Position numbers and translations under genes: made by a program. This document shows, one piece after another, positions 46,424 to 57,867 of a stretch of DNA of 64,000 nt (the first letter of the stretch is position 1; every line of letters starts with the position of its first letter). The notes beneath the pieces were generated by a model. The model saw nothing but the letters and a program-made list of their open reading frames with translations. It did no database searches and was not told the DNA's origin. Origin of the DNA: Amoebophrya sp. A120 (Eukaryota > Protista > Dinoflagellata); the NCBI GenBank assembly GCA_905178155.1, contig CAJINV010000001.1:7199794-7263793 (forward strand). Reading direction: 5' to 3'.

Positions 46424-49279
46424 TTATTCGGCGACCTTCTTGTTCAGGTACGCCGAGGTACCGAGGTTGTCACCCTCCATGCCAACGCCCTGGAAGAATT
46501 TCTCTTCGCACTCGACATAGGCCTTCTCGTCGATGCTGAGCACCGCGCTTTCGTCGGCAGGCCCCTCGAGGTTCGCGGAGCTGGCCGTGGGCTGCTTCTG
46601 GGCCTTCTTCAGCGCTTCCAAGTTCTTCTCCCGCTTGGTCTCCCGGTCGAAGATGTTGCCCACGTAATTCTTCTCGTTGGGTTGCATCTGGATCAGACCG
46701 TCGCACAACTGCATCAACGTGATGATACCGTTGCTGTCGCCTGTTGTTTCACGGTCGTGGAACAAGTGGTAGACGCATTGATAAAAATGTAAATGGCACA
46801 GATCATAGGAGCCTACATTCACGCGGAAGTAGCAACAAAGCAAGTAATCTAATTCAGCCGAATAAAAAGCTGCAAGTTGCAAAAAAATTGTACCCATTGC
46901 TAACAGTCCACCCTGATTTTGTATTGACATGGAAGTCAGTGCGTGGTCGGACACCTTCTGCGTGAGACTGACGGCATTCATGCGGTAATACCAATCCCAG
47001 ATGTCGAGGTACCTGTTCCGCGATTTTTGCAGGAAAAATCGCAATATTAACGTAAAAACTCAACGAAAACGATTTGCAAGCTGACAGCAGCTCGTCAGGC
47101 TCGTATACACTGGGTGCATTGTAAAAGGATCAAAGAATAGACTGTCGTGCTGGCGATGCTGATCCAATAAAGTACCCATCGTGTCTGGCCAGGAAGAAGA
47201 CACCTGGCCTGGTTGGTGACCAGGCGGCGGCGGACAGGTAGCACGGTGCGTACGGTGTCATGGTCATGGGTCCCTTCAGATCTTCGAACCACATTCTGGC
47301 GGACCAGTCGCCGATGGACAGGAAGTACTTGCAGTGGAACGGATTCCTCTTCACGCTGTACACCGGCCCGAAGTGTCGCCCGTGTCCACCCTTCTCCTCG
47401 TTTCCAAACCATGCCGTTACCTGTTTGGAAGTTTAATTTTTCGTCCGCTGTGACGTCGAGACACATACAGTTTCGGCGCAAAAGCGCGTGGCGTGCAATT
47501 TTTGATGAGGGGAACATGCGGAAAGCCATGCAGGCAAAAGTACAAGCGACACAAGAGACCTATCAGCAGGCTGTACCTCGCAAGGCTTCTTCGGTTTGTT
47601 CTGGCAGGACAAGATCATGCCCATCTCCGTACCGACGAGATACTTGGTCGGACCCGCTTCCTGCATCCACTCGAGGGAAACGGCGCCCAAAGTTTTCCCT
47701 GGCTTGCCACCATCGGTGAGGAGGCACTTGTCCCTTGGTGCGTTCATTTCCTTCACATCCCACAGCATCAGGTAGCCGTCGGAAGACACGGAAACCTAGG
47801 TCGCATGAGAATATTCATTTTCAGATTGCGCACATTATCAGCAAACGAAGGAGAAAAATGTACGCTAGTAAAAACGGTCGGAGCAGTGAAACAAGCACCA
47901 AGAAATCCTGAAACGAAAATTTCACTGTACCGCTTCTGTTCCTGTCTTTGACTGCAGCCAGCAGAGGTCGTAGACCGGGTCGTAGTGGCTGGTTTCGACG
48001 ACGGACATCTGCGCCGGCGTGGGGCCCTTTCGCAAATCGTAGAGGTTCAAGATACCGTTGTAGCACCCTGCCAGGATCAAATCGGACTGCTTTCCGTTGT
48101 ACTGCGCACTGATGATGGGAGACTTCGACTTCAACGAGAACAGTGGCGTGTTGCGCTCGTTCACGTCCCAAACGTGCGAACTTGTCGACATCTCCTCCGA
48201 CATACGCTGGAAACGGAGCGAAGAGTAGGAACTGTCCGTGGTTTGGGTCAAGTTGCATCGTGAAAAACTTTCTTCGACCAATATGGTACACATGCACAGT
48301 TTTTCTTATAAGAAATGGGAAAGAAGAGAGAAAAGACATTGCTTCTAGTTCACCCGCGTACAACTGAACTTCTTCCTTGCTGCAGTTACATCCCGCGCGA
48401 CCTAAGTAAACCCTAAATCAACAAAAGTGTCTTCTATACCCGACAATTTTCGTCGGCCCCTCGGGATGCCATCCGATTTTGCTGATTGTTCTTGGTTCGT
48501 CGCTGGGATCTTTAAATAAAGCAACGGTCTTGAGTTGCAAGTTTTCGACCAACGCATCTGGCTCTTCCTGGAAGAAGTAGTGCTCAAAGAGGTCGATGGT
48601 ATTGTTCTGCTCGAGGCACTTGCTCGTTGCGCCGGTTAGCGTCTTTACTGCGTTTGTGAATACCGGGTCCTTCTCTAGCTTTTTTCTCCACTTCGTCGTG
48701 TCCTGTGCCTCTGTGGCGTCGACTTCCTTGGGCCACCCACCCTCTGTGTGGAGCATACCGCGGGCTTTTGTTTGTACCTAACAGAATTTTTCATTCGTAT
48801 ACGACACGTTGAAGTTAGTTGTGGGCGCGAGGATTTGCGCCGAGAGAGGGAGAGGCCAAGCTTTTCAACAGAAAACATCTGGTGACTTAACGTCGAAGCT
48901 GAAATCGCCACATCAAAGGTGTAGAAATAACTACCCTTGCTGTGTTCACGGAGTGCTCGGACATTGTTGGAATGTTGTCCAGGACGACGTTGATAACGGT
49001 CTGTTCGACGAAGTCATTGAGGCAGCTGTAGTGTGATTTTTGAGAGCATTTTTGATACACAGTCAAGTCGCAGCGAAGATAATCTTCACCCATCGACGGA
49101 TTTTTTTCACGCATGAACATCGTACGCTCGTAGTTCTTCTTCATTCTTTTTTGTACGAAAAAAAATTACTCCATGTTCCTCTCGACGACGCCGATGATTT
49201 TCGGTTCCACTTCATCGAATTGGCAGTAGCGACCGAAGTCCTTCCGCTGTTTCATGTAAATGTACTCGAAGTCGTTCAT
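46424..49279 (-). CDS. DNAI2: Axonemal outer-arm dynein intermediate chain 2 (IC2/ODA6-like, WD40), multi-exon
   Basis: Start MNDFEYIYMKQRKDFGR, then MSEHSVNT, HTEGGWPKEVD, CLEQNNTIDLFEHYF, SHYDPVYD, HFGPVYSVKRNPF, IFDRETKREKNLEA. Confidence 0.9.
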
Positions 49280-49929
49280 CTTGCCGGTTTGTCAGCGTTA
49301 CGATTGACGAAGAGAAGACTCCGTAAAACTGCGACGCCGTGCTGGTTTCACGCCAGCTGTTATGCCATTAGTTTTATTTCCACTTCCTTCTTTCTGTGAA
49401 TCTCAATCTCTGGTTTCACCGCTAGAAAAAATGGAATTCCCGTCTGGGAAAGCAAAATTGGGTTTCGTGCTGGTTACGTCGCATCAGTAAGGGCTTTCTT
49501 GCATTTGCTTGCGCACCCTTTCACTTGACGAGCCCATCGAACTTCGAGACGTCGAAAAATTTTTGTTTCTATTTTCTACAACTCACACTCACTTTGCCTT
49601 CAGTTACATTTGCCTCGAGTAATACTCTCAGGTCTCTCATCGTTTCCGAATGGCAGCGAGGCCAAAAGCGAGCCCAATCGAAAAGACCAAACTACGACGT
49701 ACTGCTTTTCAAGACGTTTAGCTTTCTCTTTGTTAGGCACTTGCTCGCGAGGTTCGTGGTTCTTCTATTTCTGTCTGTGTGGCTGTATTCTCGTTTTTTA
49801 AATGAAGGGTCGTGCGCGATATTTATTCTCTAGGTGATGCGCCACTGGATAGTGTACATCTACCCGCCAAAGTTGAAGACGAAAGTAGTTGATATTAGGT
49901 CTTTATTCTAACGAGCAGGTGGTCTATTC

Positions 49930-52900
49930 CTACATTCCACGCGCCTCCAAATTCGCCAAGAGCGACTGGGCCCGCGACCACTCCTTCCCCGCGAATTCGG
50001 TTTTCCGTTTCCGCAACCACTTGGCAAGTGCGGTGACGACGCGGGCGTCCCAGCACTGAAAGCGGTCGAGCGCCGCTAGAACGCGCAGGTAGTCGGTGCT
50101 TTCCAGAAATTGCATGTGGCGATGCAGGTGTCGGCAGAACACGTGGAAAAGCGGGAAATTGGCACTGTTGTCCTCGGTCAGCGTCAGGGCCTCCATCATT
50201 TTCCCGATTTCATACCTCTCCCGCGACTCCCGAGCATGATGCGTCGTGAGCAGTGTCGTGATGCTTTCCTGCAACGCGTCCAACTGTGCGTCCGAGGCTA
50301 GGCTGGCGTCATGAACGTGTAAGGATGCGAAATGTTCACTCGGTGCTGAAGTCGTGCTGCTGTAGTTGCTGGCGTGTACTTTCTTGGCGCCTGCTGCGCT
50401 GGTTGCGCCGAAGACAGCGGCAGTCTCTTCATCCGAATCGAGGCTGGTTTTGACCGACGTGTTGGGCTCTGCAACATGATTGTCACTCACAGAGGTGGAC
50501 ATCAGCATCCTTCTCTTGCATTTCAGATCTGCAACAACGCCGGCAAGGGCCGCAGCCGAGTTCAAGTCCAGACACTCGTACTCACGCAGAAGCGTTCGCG
50601 CGACTTTGGCCGGCAGTTCGTTGGTGATGTAACACAAGTAAGCCAACTCCCGGGCAGGATACTCATGCAGGTACTGCTTAATATGCGTTCCTGTTGTATC
50701 GGCGGAGTTGTTTTTCGCTAGGAGAACGCAACTCAATATCAACAAAAACTTTTACTTTTCTTGATGACGATATGCTTGTCGGGAGTCGAGTGAGTGCGAG
50801 ATCGATCTCGATGAAAGAAAAGCTAAATAAACGAAACAAGTCAAATTAATTCCGGTTGGTACCACACAGCTGCATCAGCACTGGATCGTTGATGCGCAGC
50901 ACTCGAAAAGCGCGTAACACGTCGATCATGATTCCAGGGGTTAGACGGATGGAAGCGGCCAGGGCTGGATCCACCAGTCGGCGCGTGAGCAGATCGGACA
51001 AAGCCGTGAAGAAGCTGTAGTCGCGGTACTCGATGCGGGCGAACGAGAGCGCCAGACGGCTGCCGTGGAGGAGAATCAGAGGATCTCGATTATCTCCGCT
51101 GCGTGTTCTTTCAAAATCACCATTTCCATACGTCCCTGTTTGTTCTGACAGTGTGTCCTCTTCGCCAGAAAAGTTCTGTCCCGCCACTGCAAGGAGAAAC
51201 TCTTGCGCTACGGCGCCACAAAACTCGTAGTGCCGGAACTCGAGCGCGGCACAACCCTCTATGATCTGCAGAAGTTCCTCCAATGTGGGCGGACGAAGGT
51301 AATCGTGGGCGTCCGGTGACGGCGTTGACGCGTGTTCCTCTTGGGAGAAATCTCGTTCACTCGGAGCGACGCGCGGCTTATGGTCGTGGAACCGGCGGTT
51401 AGATTTTTCAAGGAATGCAGAGGAAAACGAGTCCTCTGTGCCTCCGTGTTCTGCTTTGGACAGTTTCGTCTGCGGTGTCCCTTCCTCGAACTCTGTCTCT
51501 TCCAGAAATTTGTCATCTTCCCCATTATTTTGGCTATGGTTCACAAGCGCGAGCGCTTTGGACGTCGGTGAAGACGCTTGTTCTCGTCCAGAACTTCCGC
51601 GAAGAGGACTCTCTTCGCAATCTTCCGCGAGAAGCTTCACTCCCCGCCGACTTTCGCGCCCGGTTCCTTCGCTGGCGATCAACGCGGCGCGGTGTTTTTG
51701 CGAGGAGCGGCGGCCGCGGTAGGTGATTTCCGCCACGGGGTTAAAGTCGCGGGTCTCCGTGTAGTGCCGGTTATTCACGAGGTAGCGCAAGCGCCGCTCG
51801 TAGTCCGCCTCGGATTCGTCCGGAAGTTGGTACCACCGGGTGTACTCTTTCCCGTAGTGGTACGTTTCGTACTTGTACCGCGACGCGCCTTTGTAAGCCT
51901 CGTGGCGGTAGTTTGGATGGTCCCGGATTTTTTCCCACAATCCGCTTTCCGGCCCGCTGGGCGTGAGGAGGCTGTAAAAGATGTTTTGTTCAAAAAAATG
52001 CATCTGCACCTTTGTTCTAACCAACGGGCAAACGCAAACGGAGCATATAACGGGAGGAAGCAAAAGAGATGCAGGTTGGTGCTTGGACAAAATCGTGTTG
52101 TGCACATTAACTAGAGCAACAATGACGCAACAAAATTCATCTTCATCTTGAGAATAGTACCCGTCCACATTCAGTGGCAAAATCGCCTCGACGTCGCACA
52201 TGCTTTGCGTCGCCGCGTGGTGGAACTCGAGACTGTCTAAGACCCGGCGAATAACCGCCTGCAGAAGAAACGAATCGTTCAACTTCACCATGGCGAACGC
52301 GCGGACCAGGAAGGCGAGTTGCTGCATCGAGTACCAGTCGAGTTTGGCAAACAGAAACCTTGTCAACTCCTTCACTTCCTTCACCGCATTCAGCTTCGCG
52401 TACATCAAGGCCAGCCGCGGCAAGTTCACGATCCGGAACCGCAGCGGTTTCAGCCGGCTCGCAATGTACTTAAAGCGCCAGTCGGCGATGTCGCAGCCGC
52501 CGACCTGCGTCAGCCGCGTCATCGCCTTCAGGTAGTGGTGCACTTTCTTCGGTTGCTTGTGCCGAAACCGCAGAAACGCGTTCAGCACGTCGTTGCCCGT
52601 GGTTGCGTTCGCCAGCGCTTTCGGCAGCAGCCAGTGCCACCCCTTGGACTCGCGCGCGGCGCGGTAGGACGGGTGCGCCGCCGGAACGAGCCGCATCTTG
52701 GTCTCGATGGCCTTCGGCGGCACGAACCGCTCTTGGTACTTGTGCCAGTTCGCGCTTTTGCCGATCATCTTGTGAAACGGGTAATACCCGCGCCCCTTGA
52801 CCTTGTCGTACCCATACCGCTTGTAGGTCGGTCGCCCGGGCCGCTTCCATCGCACCTGTTGCAGCTGATTTTTGTGAGAGAGGACGTGCAGGTCGCTGGA

Positions 52901-53422
52901 ACTGCTGAGTGACGAAGTTCCTGGATTGTTGGCCCCCGGGAAACACGATGGCAAAGCCGGAGTCGACGAGGTCAAGGTCGGGGTCTGAAGCTGAACGCCA
53001 CGGCACGACGGCAAAAGTGAGGATGTTGAGGAACACGACGGCGTCCTGGGATAGGACAGCATAAGATTGCGTTGCCTCCGATCGGATTCCGAAACTGAAG
53101 CAGAGCCGAAACGTGCAATACGAATCAGGAGGGGAGGCAGCGAGTGCGTCGTGTGGTCACGGGTCGTCGCCCGGACAGCACAGACGGCCCGATTCCTCGG
53201 CGTTGACGCCAACAACTCCATGGAGCGTTGCAAGATATGATTTCCGGACGAGCTATGTTGAGAAGTTGTAGAGGACCATTCTTTTTGCTCACTCTCCACT
53301 GCTAATATGGATTCAAATTCAACCCAAATCTTCAGATCTGTATCCTGTTTTTCCCATTGCAAAGCTTCGCATCGATCGACAGTCTTTTTTGATCTTCTGC
53401 TTGCACCGACGATGAACTTCAT
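49930..53422 (-). CDS. Probable mitochondrial helical-repeat (HPR/FASTK-like) RNA-binding protein
   Basis: Long S/R-rich leader ending QQVRWKR. Helical repeats such as YSMQQLAFLVRAFAMVKL, LTPGIMIDVLRAFRVLRI, YPARELAYLCY, LESTDYLRVLAALDRF. Two ORFs joined by a GT-AG intron near 50720-50860. Start uncertain. Confidence 0.55.
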
Positions 53423-53835
53423 GAGGAAAGTGCAGGAACATCCAACGACAGGATTTCAGAAGTTCAGTACTTCTTGCAGCGATGATGTTGTATGTTGTTA
53501 GTTTGTATCTCGCGTTGATACGTTTGAGAAAGTACTAGCTCCTTATCAGGGAGAAAGGTCACGACATGGAGAAACATTTGAGACTCTACCTCCGCCTCGT
53601 CCTCGAGAGTAGTATAAAAAACTAAACCCTACTGTGGCTTTCGCCTCAGTTTTCCATATACGTCGTTCATTAAATTCAACTTCGGGAAGACATAAGTACG
53701 AGATAGTCTTTATTTGGTACATAGTGTAACTGTAGTAGTCAAACGCAATCATTGTCCTATGCGTAGTAGACACGACTAGAAATGGTTTCAATCATAAGTA
53801 AACTTCGTTCGGAGATGAATCGCTCCCCCGCCGCC

Positions 53836-56560
53836 TCAACGTTGCGAGCCATCGCCTTTTCGGAGCGACGGGTCGTACAACACGTTGGTTTGCAGTGGAA
53901 TTTCCGGCTTTCCGCCCGTGACGCGCATCGCACTGGGGCCCGCATTGCGGGCGCTGGGGTCTCGAATGACCTGCGTGCCGCCGGTGTAGCGGTCGAATTC
54001 CGGGGAGCCTGCTAGCAGGTCGTAGAGCTGGGCGTCGTTGCGCTGCATTTGGGTTGTCGGCGTCCGTTCGTACCGAGACGGGTCCTTCATGATCGGTTGG
54101 ACTGTGCCCGTTGGCCTGCCGCCCGTCGGCCGTGCCGGAACCACTTGCGAGGAGTCCCGTTTGCTGTTGATGCGCACTTTCGTCGCAACAACATCGGTTT
54201 GCGACGCCTCGACGCTGGGCGGAAGCCCGGCCAGTTGCGAAAAAGCTCCTTGGACGCGGCCGGGCGGCTTGCCGGCCGGCGCCGGGAATTTTTGCGGGGT
54301 GTAGTTGACGGACGCGGGCGGGCTGTCCAGCGGGCCGACATCGAGCATGTCGTAGCTGTGCGCCGCGGCCGGCAGCGTCCCTGCAGCCGTCGCCGCTACG
54401 GTGTACGGTGGCGAGGCAACGCTGCTGCCGGGTCGAACTGCCGTGCCCGCCGCTCTCACCGACGCGGGCGGGTTTGACAGCAGGGTGTTGGCCGCAGTTC
54501 TGACCGACGCGGCCGGTGGCACCGTTCCCGTCGTTCGGACCGACGCAGGCGGCACCGTTCCCGTTGTTCGGACCGACACGGGTGGCACCGTTCCCGTCGT
54601 TCGGACCGATGCGGGCGGCACGGACTGGACCATCGCCGCGGTTCGTTCTGACGGCAGATGGGTGCCAGAGGTCGCCATGGGCGGCGCGACGGACGACTTT
54701 TTGCTGGGGCGCTGGCTTGCTCCAACCGTTCCGACCGAGGCCGCTCCCGGCTGCTTCGTGGTCCGACTGTTCAGTGCCCCCGCGGTCTGCGACGGATTGC
54801 TGTAGTACGCGTTGCCCAATTGCGATCCTGCCATCTCCTCCTGCTCCATCACGATCACCGTCGTGGAAGCCTTCTTCTTCTTGGAAGAGCGGCGCTCAGA
54901 AGCTTGTGCGCTTTGCTTCGATGACTGCGGGGACGGCGGCTGAGATGCATCCAACGCCCCGTAGGTCGGAACAATCACCGGCACGCCGACGGACGGCTGC
55001 TGCTGTTTGGAAAAACCTTTGGGTTTGCCCCCGGAAGAAGGCGTGCCCTTGTACAGCGCATTTTGTGGCATCGGCATGTTCATGTTGACGTTGCCCTTTC
55101 CGTACGGGTAGTTGTCGAAGTTTTTGCCCGCATTCTTGCCCATGTTGTACATGTTGGCCTGCGCTTGTTGCTGGTCCCCGTAAAACGCCGCTTCCATCGC
55201 CGCCTCCTCCTCCTCCTGTTGTTGTTTCCACTGCTGAAATCCGACGGAATTCGCCCCCATTTCCTTGCGCATCCTGCGGGCGTCCTTCGCTGAAACTCCT
55301 GCTCCGTAGTAGTCGCAACACCACCCGCAGGTTGTGGCGCAGCTCTGGGGCCCCTCCGCCTCTTCGCGGGCCAACCGCTCGAGTTCTGCGGGCGAGAAAA
55401 CCCGGTCTCCGTTTTCGTCCAGCTCCTCTTTGAAGGCCTCATTAAGGGCCAAAATGATCGGAAACGAGCACCCACCGATTGCGACCGCAGCGAGAAGCCA
55501 CACACGCAGGAGGGGGATCTCGCCACCGACATCGTTCGCGCAGCAAAGGTACAGGCAGACGGCCAGCGTCTCTGCGCTCAGGATAAAGGCAATCGTCACC
55601 ATGAGCAAGAGCTTTTGACGACTGAAAAACACCGTGGTCAGGTAGCACATAAACACCATAGCCACAAATTCGATTGAGGCCACCGTGATGAAGCCCCCCT
55701 TGTGGATCCAAAGCTGTCAATTTTGGGTTAAGTTTGGTGAAGAGAGGGTGAGTTTTTTGCGCCCATATTAGAAGTGGCAGATTGATTATATTTATTACCC
55801 TTTCTTTTCGCCGAGTTCTTTACCGATTGCAATTTCTGTTTGTATGCAGACGCACGGTGGCATTGCGCAGCAAAGAAAGTAGAAAGTTTTACTATTTTAT
55901 CAAACCCAGACCCGTCAACAAAATGGATTTCAATCTATGCAAATGCGATATGGGCAAACTACAGAGTAAGCACAATCTAGTGAGTACCAGTGTCAGTTCG
56001 GGTTCTGGACCCCCAGGAATCGCCGAAGGATCGACCATGACGGGGTTGTTCTCGCCCCCAACCACGTCGTCCCTTGCCACACCGCCACGGACGAGCAGAA
56101 CAATCCAGTAGGCAACGCGCAAAGCGAGCAGGAGGGCCCCCACCCCCATCCAAATGTGCCCCGTGCTCATGTTCCGCTTTCCGTTGGGTCGCGCGGCCCA
56201 CAAACAGCACAACATTTTCCCTGTTCTTGTCGATGTTCCTGTACTCCGTTTTTGTTTTGTCGGTGGTTGCGCTGGTCCGGTTTTTTTTGTTTCTTTTCTT
56301 CTTCGTGCAACAAGGAAAAGCTGCACAACTTCTTGCCTTGGTTGTTCTTTTACTTTTTAGACAAACACCACACGGTTCTCCTGGTCGATGCCTCCCGGAC
56401 CCTCCGTTTGCTCCGCGAACTGCGCAAAGAGGTAGTAGGCCCGGATTGCGTGCGGGTGTTCGTAGGAAAAGTAAAACGCGATAGTGAAAATCAACACGAT
56501 TAAATGCCAGAAAATATGCGAAACTAACAGATAATCGTGCGGAAGGTAAAAGAAGTCCAT
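53836..56560 (-). CDS. Hypothetical membrane protein with long P/S/T-rich disordered C-terminus, multi-exon
   Basis: 615-aa terminal ORF with three TM-like segments. Upstream hydrophobic ORF pieces (55892-56326, 56357-56560) are probably 5' exons. Confidence 0.6.
54500..54621. repeat. 33-bp coding tandem repeat (VPPASVRTTGT) x3-4
   Basis: GGCACCGTTCCCGTYGTTCGGACCGA repeated every 33 bp. Confidence 0.85.
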
Positions 56561-57867
56561 GCCACAGGAAAGATGGGGGCTTTCACTGGGCGGAGCGGAG
56601 CAGATTGCAGTAGAATGTGACGTAGCGTCATCTAGTTTAACAGTTTACTATGTTGAAAGGCAAACGAGTTGGAACCACTAGCATTGGCAATGATTCGATT
56701 TTATTTGTAAAATCGCAAGTACGCGATTGTCAATAATTGAAAGACAAACTAACTTCGTTAATTGTATAGGCTGCAAATAGCAAAAGCCCTGCAGACATGA
56801 AAGCTATGGGGATTAAATCTCCACGGGTCTGCTGCTGCATTTCGATGCGAAAGGGAGAAGATAGAAAGACGTCATTCGCATGCTTTCGTAGAAGTAGATG
56901 CTCTTCTTCTGTGAGAGACGCACGATAAGACCAAGCACGCGTGTTCTTGTACGACCAGAAGCAGAAGTGCTGGCACTATGTATTGAACGATCAACAGAAT
57001 CAGAAGATGCACGACAGAAGATAGAGGCGGAGACCACCTCGAGTACTATGGCACACTCTACCGAAGAGCAGAAACGCTCCGCACGTCACCGAACTTCACG
57101 AAGAGTAGCAGAATCACGACGGTCAAGCACGAGTACGTACGGCTAGTGAACGAGGTGAAAGACACATCGTAGGTGCTGACATAACTTTGAAAGCGAAACC
57201 GACAACGAAGCCTGAAATGCAACGACCGATGAAGAAAATAGGCACGGCTACGGCTAGAGTGCTTTTTGTTGATGATGTTTGATACTTACTTACAGCCAGT
57301 ACGAGTCATCTTCATGGACTGAAGAGCGAGCGCTTTAAAACCAAACCAATACTTAGTTCTGAAACACGCGAAAGGACCAAGGTGACACATTACTGGCGAT
57401 ACACTTTTGCTTGTTTTTTTTCGTCCCGATCAGGTCTCGCTCCCCGCTTGAAGCCTTTGCTTCTCTGTGTGCGGGTCCTGCGACAAATGCATTTACATAT
57501 GGAATAGAGCTAGAAGACTCTGATTGTGCTTTCCACTACAGCATCCGCGAAAGAACCGAACTATCTTTACATTTCGGAGCGGCATTTTTCAACGGACGGA
57601 TTCTCACAAGTCGCTTGGCAAGAGCGGCTAGCCAGGAACGACCTGTACCAATGGTGTCCTCGTCGTGATTCTCCAGCCGCTACGGAAAAGAAAATTGAGT
57701 GAGTCTTTAGTGTACAAAAAAAATTTCCATTGCTTGACCGTTCATTGATGAATATCGTCGACACAATGAAAATCTGCTGTCACGACCGACCTACGAAAGT
57801 GTACGTCGTCGTCCCATAGTAGAGAATAGCCTGCTCGTGAGCTGCTGCACATATGCATGCTTCATTT

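Noticed and set aside
49146-49169. Apparent 24-nt GT-AG micro-intron with a hairpin in DNAI2
   Set aside because: An acceptor near 49026 gives RNMDCLNDFVEQ, which fits IC2 orthologues better, so an ordinary intron of about 144 nt is more likely.
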